Source: an uncultured Gammaproteobacteria bacterium (GTDB taxonomy: Bacteria; Patescibacteriota; Patescibacteriia; Magasanikbacterales; UBA922). From it: a stretch of 64,000 nucleotides of DNA. Position 1 is the stretch's first letter. Each line of letters starts with the position of its first letter. Shown in pieces: positions 9,911 through 18,662 of the stretch. A model generated the notes under the pieces. The model did not search any database and had not been told where the DNA came from. It saw only the letters and a list, made by a program, of their open reading frames with translations. The stretch lies in NCBI GenBank assembly GCA_964435035.1, contig CAYSXR010000002.1, positions 12,252 through 76,251 of the forward strand, in the 5' to 3' direction. Made by a program: the position numbers and the translations under genes.

Positions 9911-9940
9911 TTAAAAACTCCTTAATTAAAAGGAGTTTTT
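9911..9940 (+). terminator. Terminator after the ftsL-like gene
   Basis: AAAAACTCCTTAATTAAAAGGAGTTTTTT. Confidence 0.7.
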
Positions 9941-10075
9941 TGTTTTATAGATTTTAATTCAAAACTCAAATCTCAAAGCTTAAAACTATAACTAAAAACT
10001 CAAAACTAAATTAGGTTTAACATTGGAGTTGTAAGTTTTAACTTTTGAGTTTTTCGTTTTGAGTTGAGCTAGACG
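9941..10075. repeat. CAAAACTC / GAGTTTTG word array forming a long imperfect hairpin
   Basis: TCAAAACTCAAATCTCAAAGCTTAAAACT..AAAAACTCAAAACTAAA, then GTTTTAACTTTTGAGTTTTTCGTTTTGAGTTGAG. Confidence 0.7.
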
Positions 10076-10130
10076 TTAATTCCATGTACGTGTGATTATA
10101 TGCTATACTATTGTACATTAGCTTTATATT

Positions 10131-10481
10131 ATGTGGCTTCTTATTTTACAACGCCTAACTCTCGAATTTTTCATGGATTTTTTGTACGCCCCTTTGTGGT
10201 GGTACACGAGAGGTCTCAAGCGTGCGGCTCAATTTAGTGCTCGATTAGTTGCCGCAGGAAATGCACAATTTGCTCCAGGAATTTGGTTGCTTAATATTTT
10301 TGTCCCCATGTTTGGGCAGTATGATTGGCAGGGTCGTTTGGTGAGTTTTTTTGTTCGTTTGGTAAATGTGATTATACGATCAGTCCTACTTATTTTGTGG
10401 GTACTTTTTTCTCTTGTTGTATTGCTGTTGTGGATTTTTATTCCTATATTTGTAGTGTACACATTGGTGTATTCGTTTTAA
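10131..10481 (+). CDS. Small polytopic membrane protein
   Basis: Hydrophobic helices. Placed immediately upstream of the Clp-like gene. Confidence 0.4.
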   Translation: MWLLILQRLTLEFFMDFLYAPLWWYTRGLKRAAQFSARLVAAGNAQFAPGIWLLNIFVPMFGQYDWQGRLVSFFVRLVNVIIRSVLLILWVLFSLVVLLLWIFIPIFVVYTLVYSF

Positions 10482-10490
10482 TTATTCTGT

Positions 10491-13262
10491 ATGCTTTTTA
10501 CTAAGCCCACACAATTATCTGTATTAAGTTGCACTCTGTGTGGAGGGACAGGGAAAGAAAATGGAAAGAAATGTCCTCAGTGTAGAGGTATGCTTCATGG
10601 AATTTTTGACCACACTACTTTTGTGTATTTTGGAGAACAGTATACTGTGTATTCGATTGGTCTACGTCGAGCTAGAAAATTTTTGAATGTTTTTAGAATT
10701 ATTGGTGCGCTAGTGGTATCATGTGCATCATTTGCAGGTTTTTTTTATTTTTTAATTCACGGAAATCGTCAAGATGCATTATTTAATCCTGTTTTTTGGT
10801 TCGGGCCCACTGCTCATAATTCGTTTCGAGCGCTCGTTTGGATAGGATTTCTCGGGTGTATCTATGTGTGGTATCGGGTATTGGTACAGAGAACTCCTCC
10901 ATCACATTTTACCTACCATGGAACGCAATTAATTCCTACTCAATTATCAGATGATACGTCGGAAATCACATGGGAAAAAGTACATAAATTGCCGCATAAA
11001 AAATATCTTGATATATCGCCATATCTTTCTCCTGAAGCGAGGGTTGTGCTGGAAAAGAGTTTTGAAATTGCACGAGAGTATGGGGCGGGACAGATTTCAC
11101 CATTACATCTCTTGTATGCGTTACTTTCGGATTCTAGCGTCGGTGAGGTTGGTATTAGATTACATATTCCGATGAAGTCGTTGCAGGCAATGATTGGCAA
11201 AACGTTTGGAGAAAAGAAACCATTGGTTCATACTATTTCGCCCACTTTTTCACCCGATACTCAAAATATTATTTTTCGATCATATTTTTTTACACGCGAA
11301 AAACATGACCCTCAAATACGTGTAACAACATTATTTAAATTTGTAGTTGAGCAGAATGATCAAATTCAAGAAATTTTATATGATATTGAAGTGGATAAGA
11401 CCAAACTAGATAATGTGATCGAGTGGGCTCGAATTCGGGAAACGATGACTGAAAATTATCGTGTGTTTGCGAGAGCTACTGCTGGAGTTTCGAAGTATGG
11501 AATGGATAGGGCTATGACTGCAGTTGCCACTCCCGCACTCAATCAGATGAGTCATGATCTCACTATTGCTGCAAAATATGGTGATATTGATATGTGTGTT
11601 GCGCGTGACAAAGAGATTGAAGAAATTTTGCGTATTATTGAAGGTGGGGGAAAAAATATCATGTTGGTTGGTGATCATGGTGTTGGCAAGGTCACGATTG
11701 TTCAGGGAATTGTAGAACGAATGATTAAGGGAGATGTACCTAAACTGTTGCAAGATAAGCGTATGGTGCAGTTGTCGGTAACTTCTCTTTTGGCAGGTAC
11801 TACGGTGGCTGGTGCAGAGGAGAGACTTATTCGTATTATGAATGAGATTACTCGGGCAAAAAATATTATTCTTTTTATTGATAATATTCATGATTTGATT
11901 GGAGTATCTGATGGGGGAGGACAAGGACTTGATGTTTCTGAGTCTCTTGCTGAGTATCTGCGAGCCGATCGATTTATTATGTTTGCAACAACATTACCTG
12001 ACGCGTATGCACGATTTATCGCACATTCAGAAATCGGTACCGTATTTTCAAAAATTGATATCCGTGAAATGGAAATCAATCAAGCAATTCGAGTGCTTGA
12101 ATCAAAGGCAGGCCAGATTGAATACAAAACCCGTGTATTTTTTTCGTATGATGCTGTGGAAAAGACAGTACAATTAGCACACAAATTTTTTACTGATCGA
12201 AATCTTCCTGAGAGTGCTCTTGCACTTATGTCTGAAGCGGGAAGTTATGCTAGGAGTGCACATGGTGAACATACATTAGTATCTGCTGATGATGTGGGTG
12301 CTGTAGTTGCTGATAAGACGGGAATTCCTGTGACGAGTATTACGGCAAATGAGTCAGAAAAATTACTCAAGCTTGAAGAAGAAATGCATACACAGGTTAT
12401 TGGACAGTCAGAAGCTGTAACGTTGGTTGCGAATGCGCTTAGAAGAGCTCGTGCAGACATGCGTTCGACTACACGTCCTATCTCCAGTTTTCTGTTCCTT
12501 GGTCCTACGGGGGTTGGAAAAACCGAACTTGCAAAGACTATTGCACGAGTATATTTTGGTGGTGAAGCTCGTATGATTCGAATTGATATGAGTGAATATC
12601 AGGATAATAATTCCATTTATCGTTTGATTGGGCAAGTAGGTGTGCAGGGTTCTGGTATTCTTACCCAAGCTGTAAAAGATCATCCGTTCTCGCTTGTACT
12701 TCTTGACGAATTTGAAAAAGCTGATTCAAATATTTTGAATTTGTTTTTGCAAGTTCTTGACGATGGACGCTTGACTGATAGTATGGGAAGAGTGGTAGAC
12801 TTTACGAACACAATTATTATTGCTACTTCAAATGCTGGAACTGAATATGTTTCAAAACGCATGAAAGAGGGGGCAACAAGCGAGGACGTTCGACAGGAAT
12901 TGATTCGCGGAGAATTAAAGAGTTATTATCGACCTGAATTATTGAATCGTTTTGATGGAATCGTACTCTTCAAGCCACTCACTGATCAAGAGATCAAACA
13001 GGTTGCCAAATTAATGCTTACACAGGTAGAAAAAGATTTGGAGGCTAAGGGCGTGTCATTCCATGTGGAAGATGTAGCGCTTGATGAACTTGCTCGAGTG
13101 GGATTTGATCCTGAGTTTGGTGCCCGACCTATGCGGAGAGCAATTCAGGATCGAGTGGAAAATGAACTTGCAAATTTAGTACTCAAAGGACAATTACAGA
13201 GAAGAGATATCATTGTTCTGGGAGAAGGACTTGTGCTCAGGGTTGAAAAACCAGTTAGTTGA
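10491..13262 (+). CDS. Membrane-anchored ClpC/ClpB-like AAA+ ATPase with N-terminal zinc ribbon
   Basis: N-terminal CxxC..CxxC ribbon plus 2 TM helices, Clp_N repeats, and two AAA+ modules. AAA-1 has an atypical Walker A (GDHGVGKV) and a Walker B Glu-to-Asn change (LFIDNIHD). AAA-2 is canonical (GPTGVGKTE; LLDEFEKA). Confidence 0.8.
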   Translation: MLFTKPTQLSVLSCTLCGGTGKENGKKCPQCRGMLHGIFDHTTFVYFGEQYTVYSIGLRRARKFLNVFRIIGALVVSCASFAGFFYFLIHGNRQDALFNPVFWFGPTAHNSFRALVWIGFLGCIYVWYRVLVQRTPPSHFTYHGTQLIPTQLSDDTSEITWEKVHKLPHKKYLDISPYLSPEARVVLEKSFEIAREYGAGQISPLHLLYALLSDSSVGEVGIRLHIPMKSLQAMIGKTFGEKKPLVHTISPTFSPDTQNIIFRSYFFTREKHDPQIRVTTLFKFVVEQNDQIQEILYDIEVDKTKLDNVIEWARIRETMTENYRVFARATAGVSKYGMDRAMTAVATPALNQMSHDLTIAAKYGDIDMCVARDKEIEEILRIIEGGGKNIMLVGDHGVGKVTIVQGIVERMIKGDVPKLLQDKRMVQLSVTSLLAGTTVAGAEERLIRIMNEITRAKNIILFIDNIHDLIGVSDGGGQGLDVSESLAEYLRADRFIMFATTLPDAYARFIAHSEIGTVFSKIDIREMEINQAIRVLESKAGQIEYKTRVFFSYDAVEKTVQLAHKFFTDRNLPESALALMSEAGSYARSAHGEHTLVSADDVGAVVADKTGIPVTSITANESEKLLKLEEEMHTQVIGQSEAVTLVANALRRARADMRSTTRPISSFLFLGPTGVGKTELAKTIARVYFGGEARMIRIDMSEYQDNNSIYRLIGQVGVQGSGILTQAVKDHPFSLVLLDEFEKADSNILNLFLQVLDDGRLTDSMGRVVDFTNTIIIATSNAGTEYVSKRMKEGATSEDVRQELIRGELKSYYRPELLNRFDGIVLFKPLTDQEIKQVAKLMLTQVEKDLEAKGVSFHVEDVALDELARVGFDPEFGARPMRRAIQDRVENELANLVLKGQLQRRDIIVLGEGLVLRVEKPVS

Positions 13263-13268
13263 TGAATT

Positions 13269-14333
13269 ATGGTACTTCATAGTATTTATTTTATCCTTGC
13301 TTTTGTGATTTCGGTAGTGATTACTGGGATTATTGCGGTTGCTATGCGTCGTTTGGGGATTATTGATCATCCTCGAGAGAAAAATTCACGAAAAATTCAT
13401 ACCCAAGCAGTGGCTTTGGGTGGTGGAGTTGCGTTATATCTCACTTTTTTTCTTTTGGTGTTTGTGGCTTGGTTTTTTGAACGGGGAACAAGCACTCTCT
13501 TTGATAGTCATGCAATTGTTGGTCTTTTTGTGGGTTCAACTATCCTTATGATTGGGGGAATTATTGATGATAAATATACTATACGTCCACGTTATCAAAT
13601 TATTGCTCCTATTCTTGCTTGTCTCGTTATCATCATGTTGAATGTTGGACCCCAGGTGATTTCAAATCTATGGGGAGGAGTACTTGATTTATCAGGTGTT
13701 CAATGGTCATTTCCGCCTTTTATCCATGTAGTGTTGTTTGCTGATATCCTCTTGTTTATCTGGCTTTTTGGTATGATGTTTACTACCAAATTTCTTGATG
13801 GACTTGATGGGTTGGTTGCAGGAGTGGTTGCGATCGCTGCGATTGTAATGTATCTGGTGTCTATGCAACCTCAATGGTATGATCCTACAGTGGCATTCCT
13901 TTCAATTATATTTGCCGGAACATGTCTCGGATTTTTGGTGTGGAATTTCAATCCTGCTAAAATATTTTTAGGAGAAGGTGGAAGTCTGATGACTGGGTTT
14001 ATTCTTGGATGTCTCGCGATTATTTCGAAAAGTAAAATTGCAGTTACTGTAATGGTTATTGGAATACCTATGATTGATGTGATACGTGTAATGGTGATGC
14101 GTATTAAAAAAGGAAAACCAGTGTATATTGGTGATCGTGAACATTTACATTATCGACTACTCGAATCAGGGTTAAGTCACCGTCAGTCAGTATTATTACT
14201 CTATGCAATTTCTTCTTTATTTGGTATGACCGCATTATTTCTCCAGGCAGAACATCAGATGATTGCCCTTTCTTTTTTGTTTATACTTATGCTTTTGATT
14301 GGGTTGTGGTTTTCTAAGCGTGAAAAACATTGA
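13269..14333 (+). CDS. Polyprenyl-phosphate sugar-1-phosphate transferase, WecA/TagO-like (MraY/WecA GT4 family)
   Basis: Roughly 10 TM helices. N-terminal GIIDHPREKNSRKIHTQAVALGGG and the KFLDGLDGL motif. Confidence 0.75.
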   Translation: MVLHSIYFILAFVISVVITGIIAVAMRRLGIIDHPREKNSRKIHTQAVALGGGVALYLTFFLLVFVAWFFERGTSTLFDSHAIVGLFVGSTILMIGGIIDDKYTIRPRYQIIAPILACLVIIMLNVGPQVISNLWGGVLDLSGVQWSFPPFIHVVLFADILLFIWLFGMMFTTKFLDGLDGLVAGVVAIAAIVMYLVSMQPQWYDPTVAFLSIIFAGTCLGFLVWNFNPAKIFLGEGGSLMTGFILGCLAIISKSKIAVTVMVIGIPMIDVIRVMVMRIKKGKPVYIGDREHLHYRLLESGLSHRQSVLLLYAISSLFGMTALFLQAEHQMIALSFLFILMLLIGLWFSKREKH

Positions 14334-14417
14334 TTACGCAGATTAATATGGATTTAAACAGATTGGATATGATTTTTTCAGTCTAAATCCGTTTTAATCT
14401 GTTTAAATCAATGTTGT
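14333..14417. repeat. Palindromic leader element (CATTGATT...AATCTG arms) ending in TAATCTGTTTAAATCAATGTT directly 5' of the start codon
   Basis: The same 21-nt 3' end recurs at 26711-26731 before rfbB. Contains GGATTTA/TAAATCCGT words related to the ACGGAT family. Confidence 0.7.
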
Positions 14418-14888
14418 ATGAAAGAAAAGAAACCAATAAAGAAAGTGGGAAAGTGGTTTATCTTTGCTTTTTTTGGGGCTGCCTTATTCTTGTTTGCCTG
14501 GAATAGACTTTATTGGCCGAAAGCCACTCTTGATGTAGGAGGTACAACGATTCGAGTGCTTGTGGCAAAGTCTATGTACCAGCAATATCGCGGCTTGGGT
14601 AAACGCGATACGATTGAGCCCTATGATGGTATGATATTTCCATTTTTGCTTTATGGGAGGCATGCAATTGTAATGCGGGATATGCGTTTTTCCCTTGATA
14701 TTGTGTGGCTCCGAGATGGGGTAGTCGCAGATTTAGCTCAGAATGTGCCACTTGAACCAGATGCTCGAGAAGGTGAATTTATGATTTATCGTCCACGAGC
14801 TGATGCAAATGCTGTTTTGGAGCTTCCTACAGGTAGGGCAGCAGAGCTTGGAATCACGATTGGGGCGGAGATTGGGCAGATTCGATAG
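14418..14888 (+). CDS. DUF192 (COG1430) family protein
   Basis: N-terminal TM. Pattern RGLG..MIFPF..MRDMRFSLDIVWL is typical of DUF192. Confidence 0.55.
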   Translation: MKEKKPIKKVGKWFIFAFFGAALFLFAWNRLYWPKATLDVGGTTIRVLVAKSMYQQYRGLGKRDTIEPYDGMIFPFLLYGRHAIVMRDMRFSLDIVWLRDGVVADLAQNVPLEPDAREGEFMIYRPRADANAVLELPTGRAAELGITIGAEIGQIR

Positions 14889-14893
14889 GAGAA

Positions 14894-15000
14894 AGTTGTC
14901 TGGTTTCCTGGTTATCTAGTTGTCTGGTTTTAGAGGTTGTATTTTGACTATTTAGACTAGAAAACTAGACAACTAGTAAACTAGTAGACCAGCAAACTAA
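14894..15000. repeat. GTCTGGTT / CTAGTT word repeat forming a long inverted repeat
   Basis: GTTGTCTGGTTTCCTGGTTATCTAGTTGTCTGGTT ... AGACTAGAAAACTAGACAACTAGTAAACTAGTAGACCAGCAAAC. Confidence 0.75.
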
Positions 15001-15002
15001 GA

Positions 15003-15037
15003 CACTTGACTTTTCCCCCTCTATCAGCTATAGTATC
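15003..15037 (+). promoter_or_regulatory. Sigma70-like promoter upstream of rplU (TTGACT-17-TATAGT)
   Basis: Near-consensus -35 and -10 hexamers with a 17-bp spacer, about 50 nt upstream of the rplU ATG. Confidence 0.5.
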
Positions 15038-15083
15038 CCTGTTTCCCAAAACATTTATTAAAAATCTTAGTTATTTATTCCGT

Positions 15084-15395
15084 ATGTTTGCAGTGATTCA
15101 AACCGGTGGAAAACAGTATCTGGTGAAGGCCGGAGATGTTATCAGAGTTGAAAAAATTGAGCTTGAAAATGGTCAAGAAGCAGTATTTGATAAAGTACTT
15201 CTCACTGCTGATGAAAATGGTGAAAATGTCGTATTCGGCAAGCCATACATTGATGGTGTGAGTATCCGAGCCACTGTTGAAGAACAGGGGCGACATGCGA
15301 AAGTTCGTGTAGTTAAATACAAACGCAAAGTTCGCTATAAGAGAACTATTGGACACAGACAAGCGTTTACCAAAGTAAAAATTTCAAAAGTGTAA
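15084..15395 (+). CDS. rplU: 50S ribosomal protein L21
   Basis: MFAVIQTGGKQYLVKAGDVIRVEKI is the bL21 signature. No rpmA follows it. Confidence 0.9.
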   Translation: MFAVIQTGGKQYLVKAGDVIRVEKIELENGQEAVFDKVLLTADENGENVVFGKPYIDGVSIRATVEEQGRHAKVRVVKYKRKVRYKRTIGHRQAFTKVKISKV

Positions 15396-15405
15396 TACTG
15401 AATAT

Positions 15406-15438
15406 TAAAAACTCCTGCTAAAGCGGGAGTTTTTTTAT
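15406..15438 (+). terminator. Rho-independent terminator after rplU
   Basis: AAAAACTCCTGCTAAAGCGGGAGTTTTTTT: hairpin followed by a T-run. Confidence 0.7.
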
Positions 15439-15493
15439 TGACTAATTTAGTTGAGTAGGTTAGTCTAGTGGCGCGTTACACCAAGGAGGGCGC

Positions 15494-16000
15494 ATGTTCA
15501 ATTGGCTCAAAACTCTGTTTGGTATTCGTAAGGGTCCCCCTGCACTGGAAATTGTGTGGAGTTCGTATACTCCAAAACCACTGCCACCGGCAACGAATGT
15601 CTGCTGTGTCGAGGGTAAGCATGGCGAACTCATCCACTACCGCTGTGGACACACTCAGCCTGAGAGGTACTCCTTCAATCTCTACGGAGATACAATCACC
15701 TGGGATGACGAGAATTACGAACGACGTGATATCTGTGGTGAGTGCTGGCTGGAGAAGCTTCATCCTGGTGTCATCCGCTGTGCGCGGTGTGGGCTCGGCA
15801 TTCCACCGGGTTTTCATGTTGCGCTCTACAATGATGATGAATGCTACAACCCGAAGTGGAAGACTGTGGTCACCGGGTATCCGGGTAAGATGGTGATCGG
15901 GTGTGCACGTGTCGACTGTGAGCCTGGCGGCTTTGTTGCCGGCGTGTGGATGGGTGATCGTGTGGATCTCTTGTTTGGTCAAGGCTCGATTTTCCTCTGA
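15494..16000 (+). CDS. Cys/His-rich hypothetical protein in high-GC island B (putative zinc-binding)
   Basis: RBS CACCAAGGAGGG precedes the ATG. Cysteine pairs CC, CGEC, CARC, CARVDC. Hairpin terminator downstream. Confidence 0.45.
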   Translation: MFNWLKTLFGIRKGPPALEIVWSSYTPKPLPPATNVCCVEGKHGELIHYRCGHTQPERYSFNLYGDTITWDDENYERRDICGECWLEKLHPGVIRCARCGLGIPPGFHVALYNDDECYNPKWKTVVTGYPGKMVIGCARVDCEPGGFVAGVWMGDRVDLLFGQGSIFL

Positions 16001-16143
16001 GTTCATCGCACCAAGAGACCTTCTCGAGAATCCCTCAGACAGTTGAGTTTCTACTCAGACATCCGACCAAGTGCTTGAAATCACTGTAGGTCGGATGTCT
16101 TCTCAAAATTAATATAATAAAATTCCGCTGTATTGGCGGAATT

Positions 16144-16743
16144 TTATATTGATGTTCTATTTTTTAGTGCACTCGAGAGGGTAATATCATCTGCATATTG
16201 CAAATCGCTTCCCATGGGGAGTCCACGTGCGAGACGAGAGACTTTGATTGCAGGAGTGATTTCTTTGATCTTTTTTTCGAGATACATCATGGTGGTTTCT
16301 CCATGTAGATCAGGATTGAGTGCGAGAATAATTTCTTCGATCTGACTTTTGCGGATACGTGCGAGTAGTTCGGGTATTTTTAGACCTCGTAATGAGTTTT
16401 CATCATGCCCTTTGATAACTCCTCGAAGTATGTGGTATCCACCGCGATACGTACCTGTTTTTTCTATTACTTCACGATCTTGGGGTTCAGCTACGATACA
16501 GACGGTCTTTGGGTCTCTTTGAGTTGAACTGCAGAGAATGCAAGGGTTGGTATCAGAAAATGTCCAACAGATTTCACAGCTTTTGACACTTTCGATAAGT
16601 TCTTTTAAGGCTAATGTTAGTTCGGCTACATCTTTTTTTCCAGATTTGAGCAAATAAAAAACAAAGCGTTCTGCAGTTCGAGGACCGACGCTTGGGAGAC
16701 TCCCGAACGCTTGAATGAGGTTTTGAATGCTCTTTGAATACAT
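16144..16743 (-). CDS. recR: Recombination protein RecR
   Basis: HhH segment (GPRTAERFVFYLL), C4 zinc finger and Toprim region. Confidence 0.9.
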   Translation of the reverse strand: MYSKSIQNLIQAFGSLPSVGPRTAERFVFYLLKSGKKDVAELTLALKELIESVKSCEICWTFSDTNPCILCSSTQRDPKTVCIVAEPQDREVIEKTGTYRGGYHILRGVIKGHDENSLRGLKIPELLARIRKSQIEEIILALNPDLHGETTMMYLEKKIKEITPAIKVSRLARGLPMGSDLQYADDITLSSALKNRTSI

Positions 16744-16747
16744 GTGT

Positions 16748-17050
16748 TTAGCTCAAGCCTGGAATTTCAGGAAGCCCTCCCATTTCCTTCATTTTCATGG
16801 CCATAATTCGCTGCATCTTTTTCATACCATCTTTGTGAGCATCTTTGATTCCTTCGGTAAGCTTTGATTTTTTGTCAGGTGAAAGTAGGGAATCTTCAAT
16901 TACTACATTAGTAAGCTCTAGATTACCATTCATCGTAAGTGATACGGAACCACCTGCAGCAGTAGTGGTTACTGATTCCTGACCGAGAGTACTTTGTAAT
17001 TCTTTTGCCTTATCTCGGATATCTTTGAATTGCTTGAGTTTGTTGAACAT
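16748..17050 (-). CDS. ybaB: Nucleoid-associated protein YbaB/EbfC
   Basis: 100-aa YbaB-type sequence. Conserved pairing with recR. Confidence 0.8.
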   Translation of the reverse strand: MFNKLKQFKDIRDKAKELQSTLGQESVTTTAAGGSVSLTMNGNLELTNVVIEDSLLSPDKKSKLTEGIKDAHKDGMKKMQRIMAMKMKEMGGLPEIPGLS

Positions 17051-17131
17051 ATTTCAAATTTAAAACTTAAAGTTCAAAACTCAAAGCTTGGATTAAAAGA
17101 TTTGAGTTTTGAGTTAGAGTTTTATTTTTTT
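17046..17131. repeat. CAAAACTC / GAGTTTTG word array, second locus
   Basis: TTTAAAACTTAAAGTTCAAAACTCAAAGCTT..GATTTGAGTTTTGAGTTAGAGTTTT. Confidence 0.7.
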
Positions 17132-18530
17132 ATTCAAGACTTGAAGCACCACCGCCGTGTTGAAGATCCAGGTTTTTATAGCTTGCTCGAGCTTCGTCGA
17201 AGTATACTTTCACGACACCTGTTGGACCGTTTCTATGTTTTGCAATGTGAATTTCTCCAATATATCTCTCATCTGGAGGAATATCTTCCATACGGTAATT
17301 TCTGTCGGCTGCTTTTCGATAAATAAACATTACCACGTCAGCATCTTGCTCAATACTACCAGATTCACGGAGGTGTGCAAGCTTTGGGATCGCAGGTTTG
17401 CTTTGCTCCACTGCACGAGAGAGCTGTGAAAGCGCGATTACGGGAACATTGAGTTCACGAGCAATACCTTTGAGGTTACGACTAATCACACTAACTTCTT
17501 GTACACGGTTATCACTAAATTTATTACTGTGTGATTCCATGAGCTGTAAGTAATCGATAATAATCATCCCAAGCCCATGTTCTGCTTGAAGTTGTCGTGC
17601 TTTGGTACGGATATGCATGACATTGTTTCCGGGAGTATCGTCAATAAAAATTGGCGCTTCAGCGAGAAGTCCCATGGCATGTCCGATACGAGGAAAATCG
17701 TCGCTGTCTGGGCGGTCGGAGAGATTACCGGTACGCATTTTCCACAAATCAATTCCAGCCTCGGCACAGAGTAGGCGATCTACTAATTGTTCTTTACTCA
17801 TTTCAAGAGAAAATATCCCTACCGGCACTTTCATACGCACGGCAGCATGGCGGGCAATGTCTAGTGCAAACGACGTTTTTCCGACCGAAGGACGTGCTGC
17901 AAGAATTACCAAATCAGATTTCTGAAATCCAGCGAGAAGTTGATCAAGCTGGGTAAATCCACTCGCGACTCCACGAAGTTTTCCTTTTTCTCGATGTAAT
18001 TCATCAATACGATCAAATGCATCATTCAAGATTCCTCTAATTGGCGTAAATGTTTGGCGCAAGTGTTTTTGTGTAATTGCAAAAAGATGCTGTTGTGCTT
18101 CATCAAGCAGTCCATCTACATCTTCTGCATCTTCTTTATATCCTAATTTTGAAATCTCATGCGCAGAATGGAGTAATTTTCGAAGGGTTGATTTGCGACG
18201 AATAATATTTGCATATTCAACAATATGAGAAGCGGAGGGGACGCTATTTGAAAGTTCTACTAAATAGCTTCTTCCACCAATTTGTTCGAGCTGTCCTTTT
18301 TCATGAAGACGGTTCGCAAGGGTGAGTACGTCTATTGGTTCACTTTTGCTATAGAGCTCCTGAATGGCTTCAAAAATCATACCATGCCCCGTCTTGTAAA
18401 AATCTTCGACATCAATCAAATCAGCGATTTTGATTATCGCTTCTTTATCTATCAGAATAGAACCAAGGAGGGATTTTTCGGCCTCGAGGTTCTGTGGGGG
18501 GATCTTTTCAAGGGCTGTAATGTCTGCCAT
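17130..18530 (-). CDS. dnaB: Replicative DNA helicase DnaB
   Basis: N-terminal DnaB domain and a RecA-like domain with Walker A GARPSVGKTSFAL. Confidence 0.95.
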   Translation of the reverse strand: MADITALEKIPPQNLEAEKSLLGSILIDKEAIIKIADLIDVEDFYKTGHGMIFEAIQELYSKSEPIDVLTLANRLHEKGQLEQIGGRSYLVELSNSVPSASHIVEYANIIRRKSTLRKLLHSAHEISKLGYKEDAEDVDGLLDEAQQHLFAITQKHLRQTFTPIRGILNDAFDRIDELHREKGKLRGVASGFTQLDQLLAGFQKSDLVILAARPSVGKTSFALDIARHAAVRMKVPVGIFSLEMSKEQLVDRLLCAEAGIDLWKMRTGNLSDRPDSDDFPRIGHAMGLLAEAPIFIDDTPGNNVMHIRTKARQLQAEHGLGMIIIDYLQLMESHSNKFSDNRVQEVSVISRNLKGIARELNVPVIALSQLSRAVEQSKPAIPKLAHLRESGSIEQDADVVMFIYRKAADRNYRMEDIPPDERYIGEIHIAKHRNGPTGVVKVYFDEARASYKNLDLQHGGGASSLE

Positions 18531-18662
18531 AGTGGACGTATCATATCCCAGCTGTGGCAGAGTTACAATGCGGACACTTGATAATATGTGCAGATACTGT
18601 GCATAGGTGGAAAGTTCAGAGAATCTATGCTAGAGTTAGCTTAAGTTTAGTGAGTTATTAAA

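Noticed and set aside
15476-16006. 176-aa minus-strand ORF and the 15468..15896 plus-strand ORF in island B
   Set aside because: These are shadow ORFs of the RBS-initiated 15494..16000 gene in GC-rich sequence. They have no ribosome-binding site, and their composition (Ser/Arg/Thr-rich) is typical of off-frame translation.
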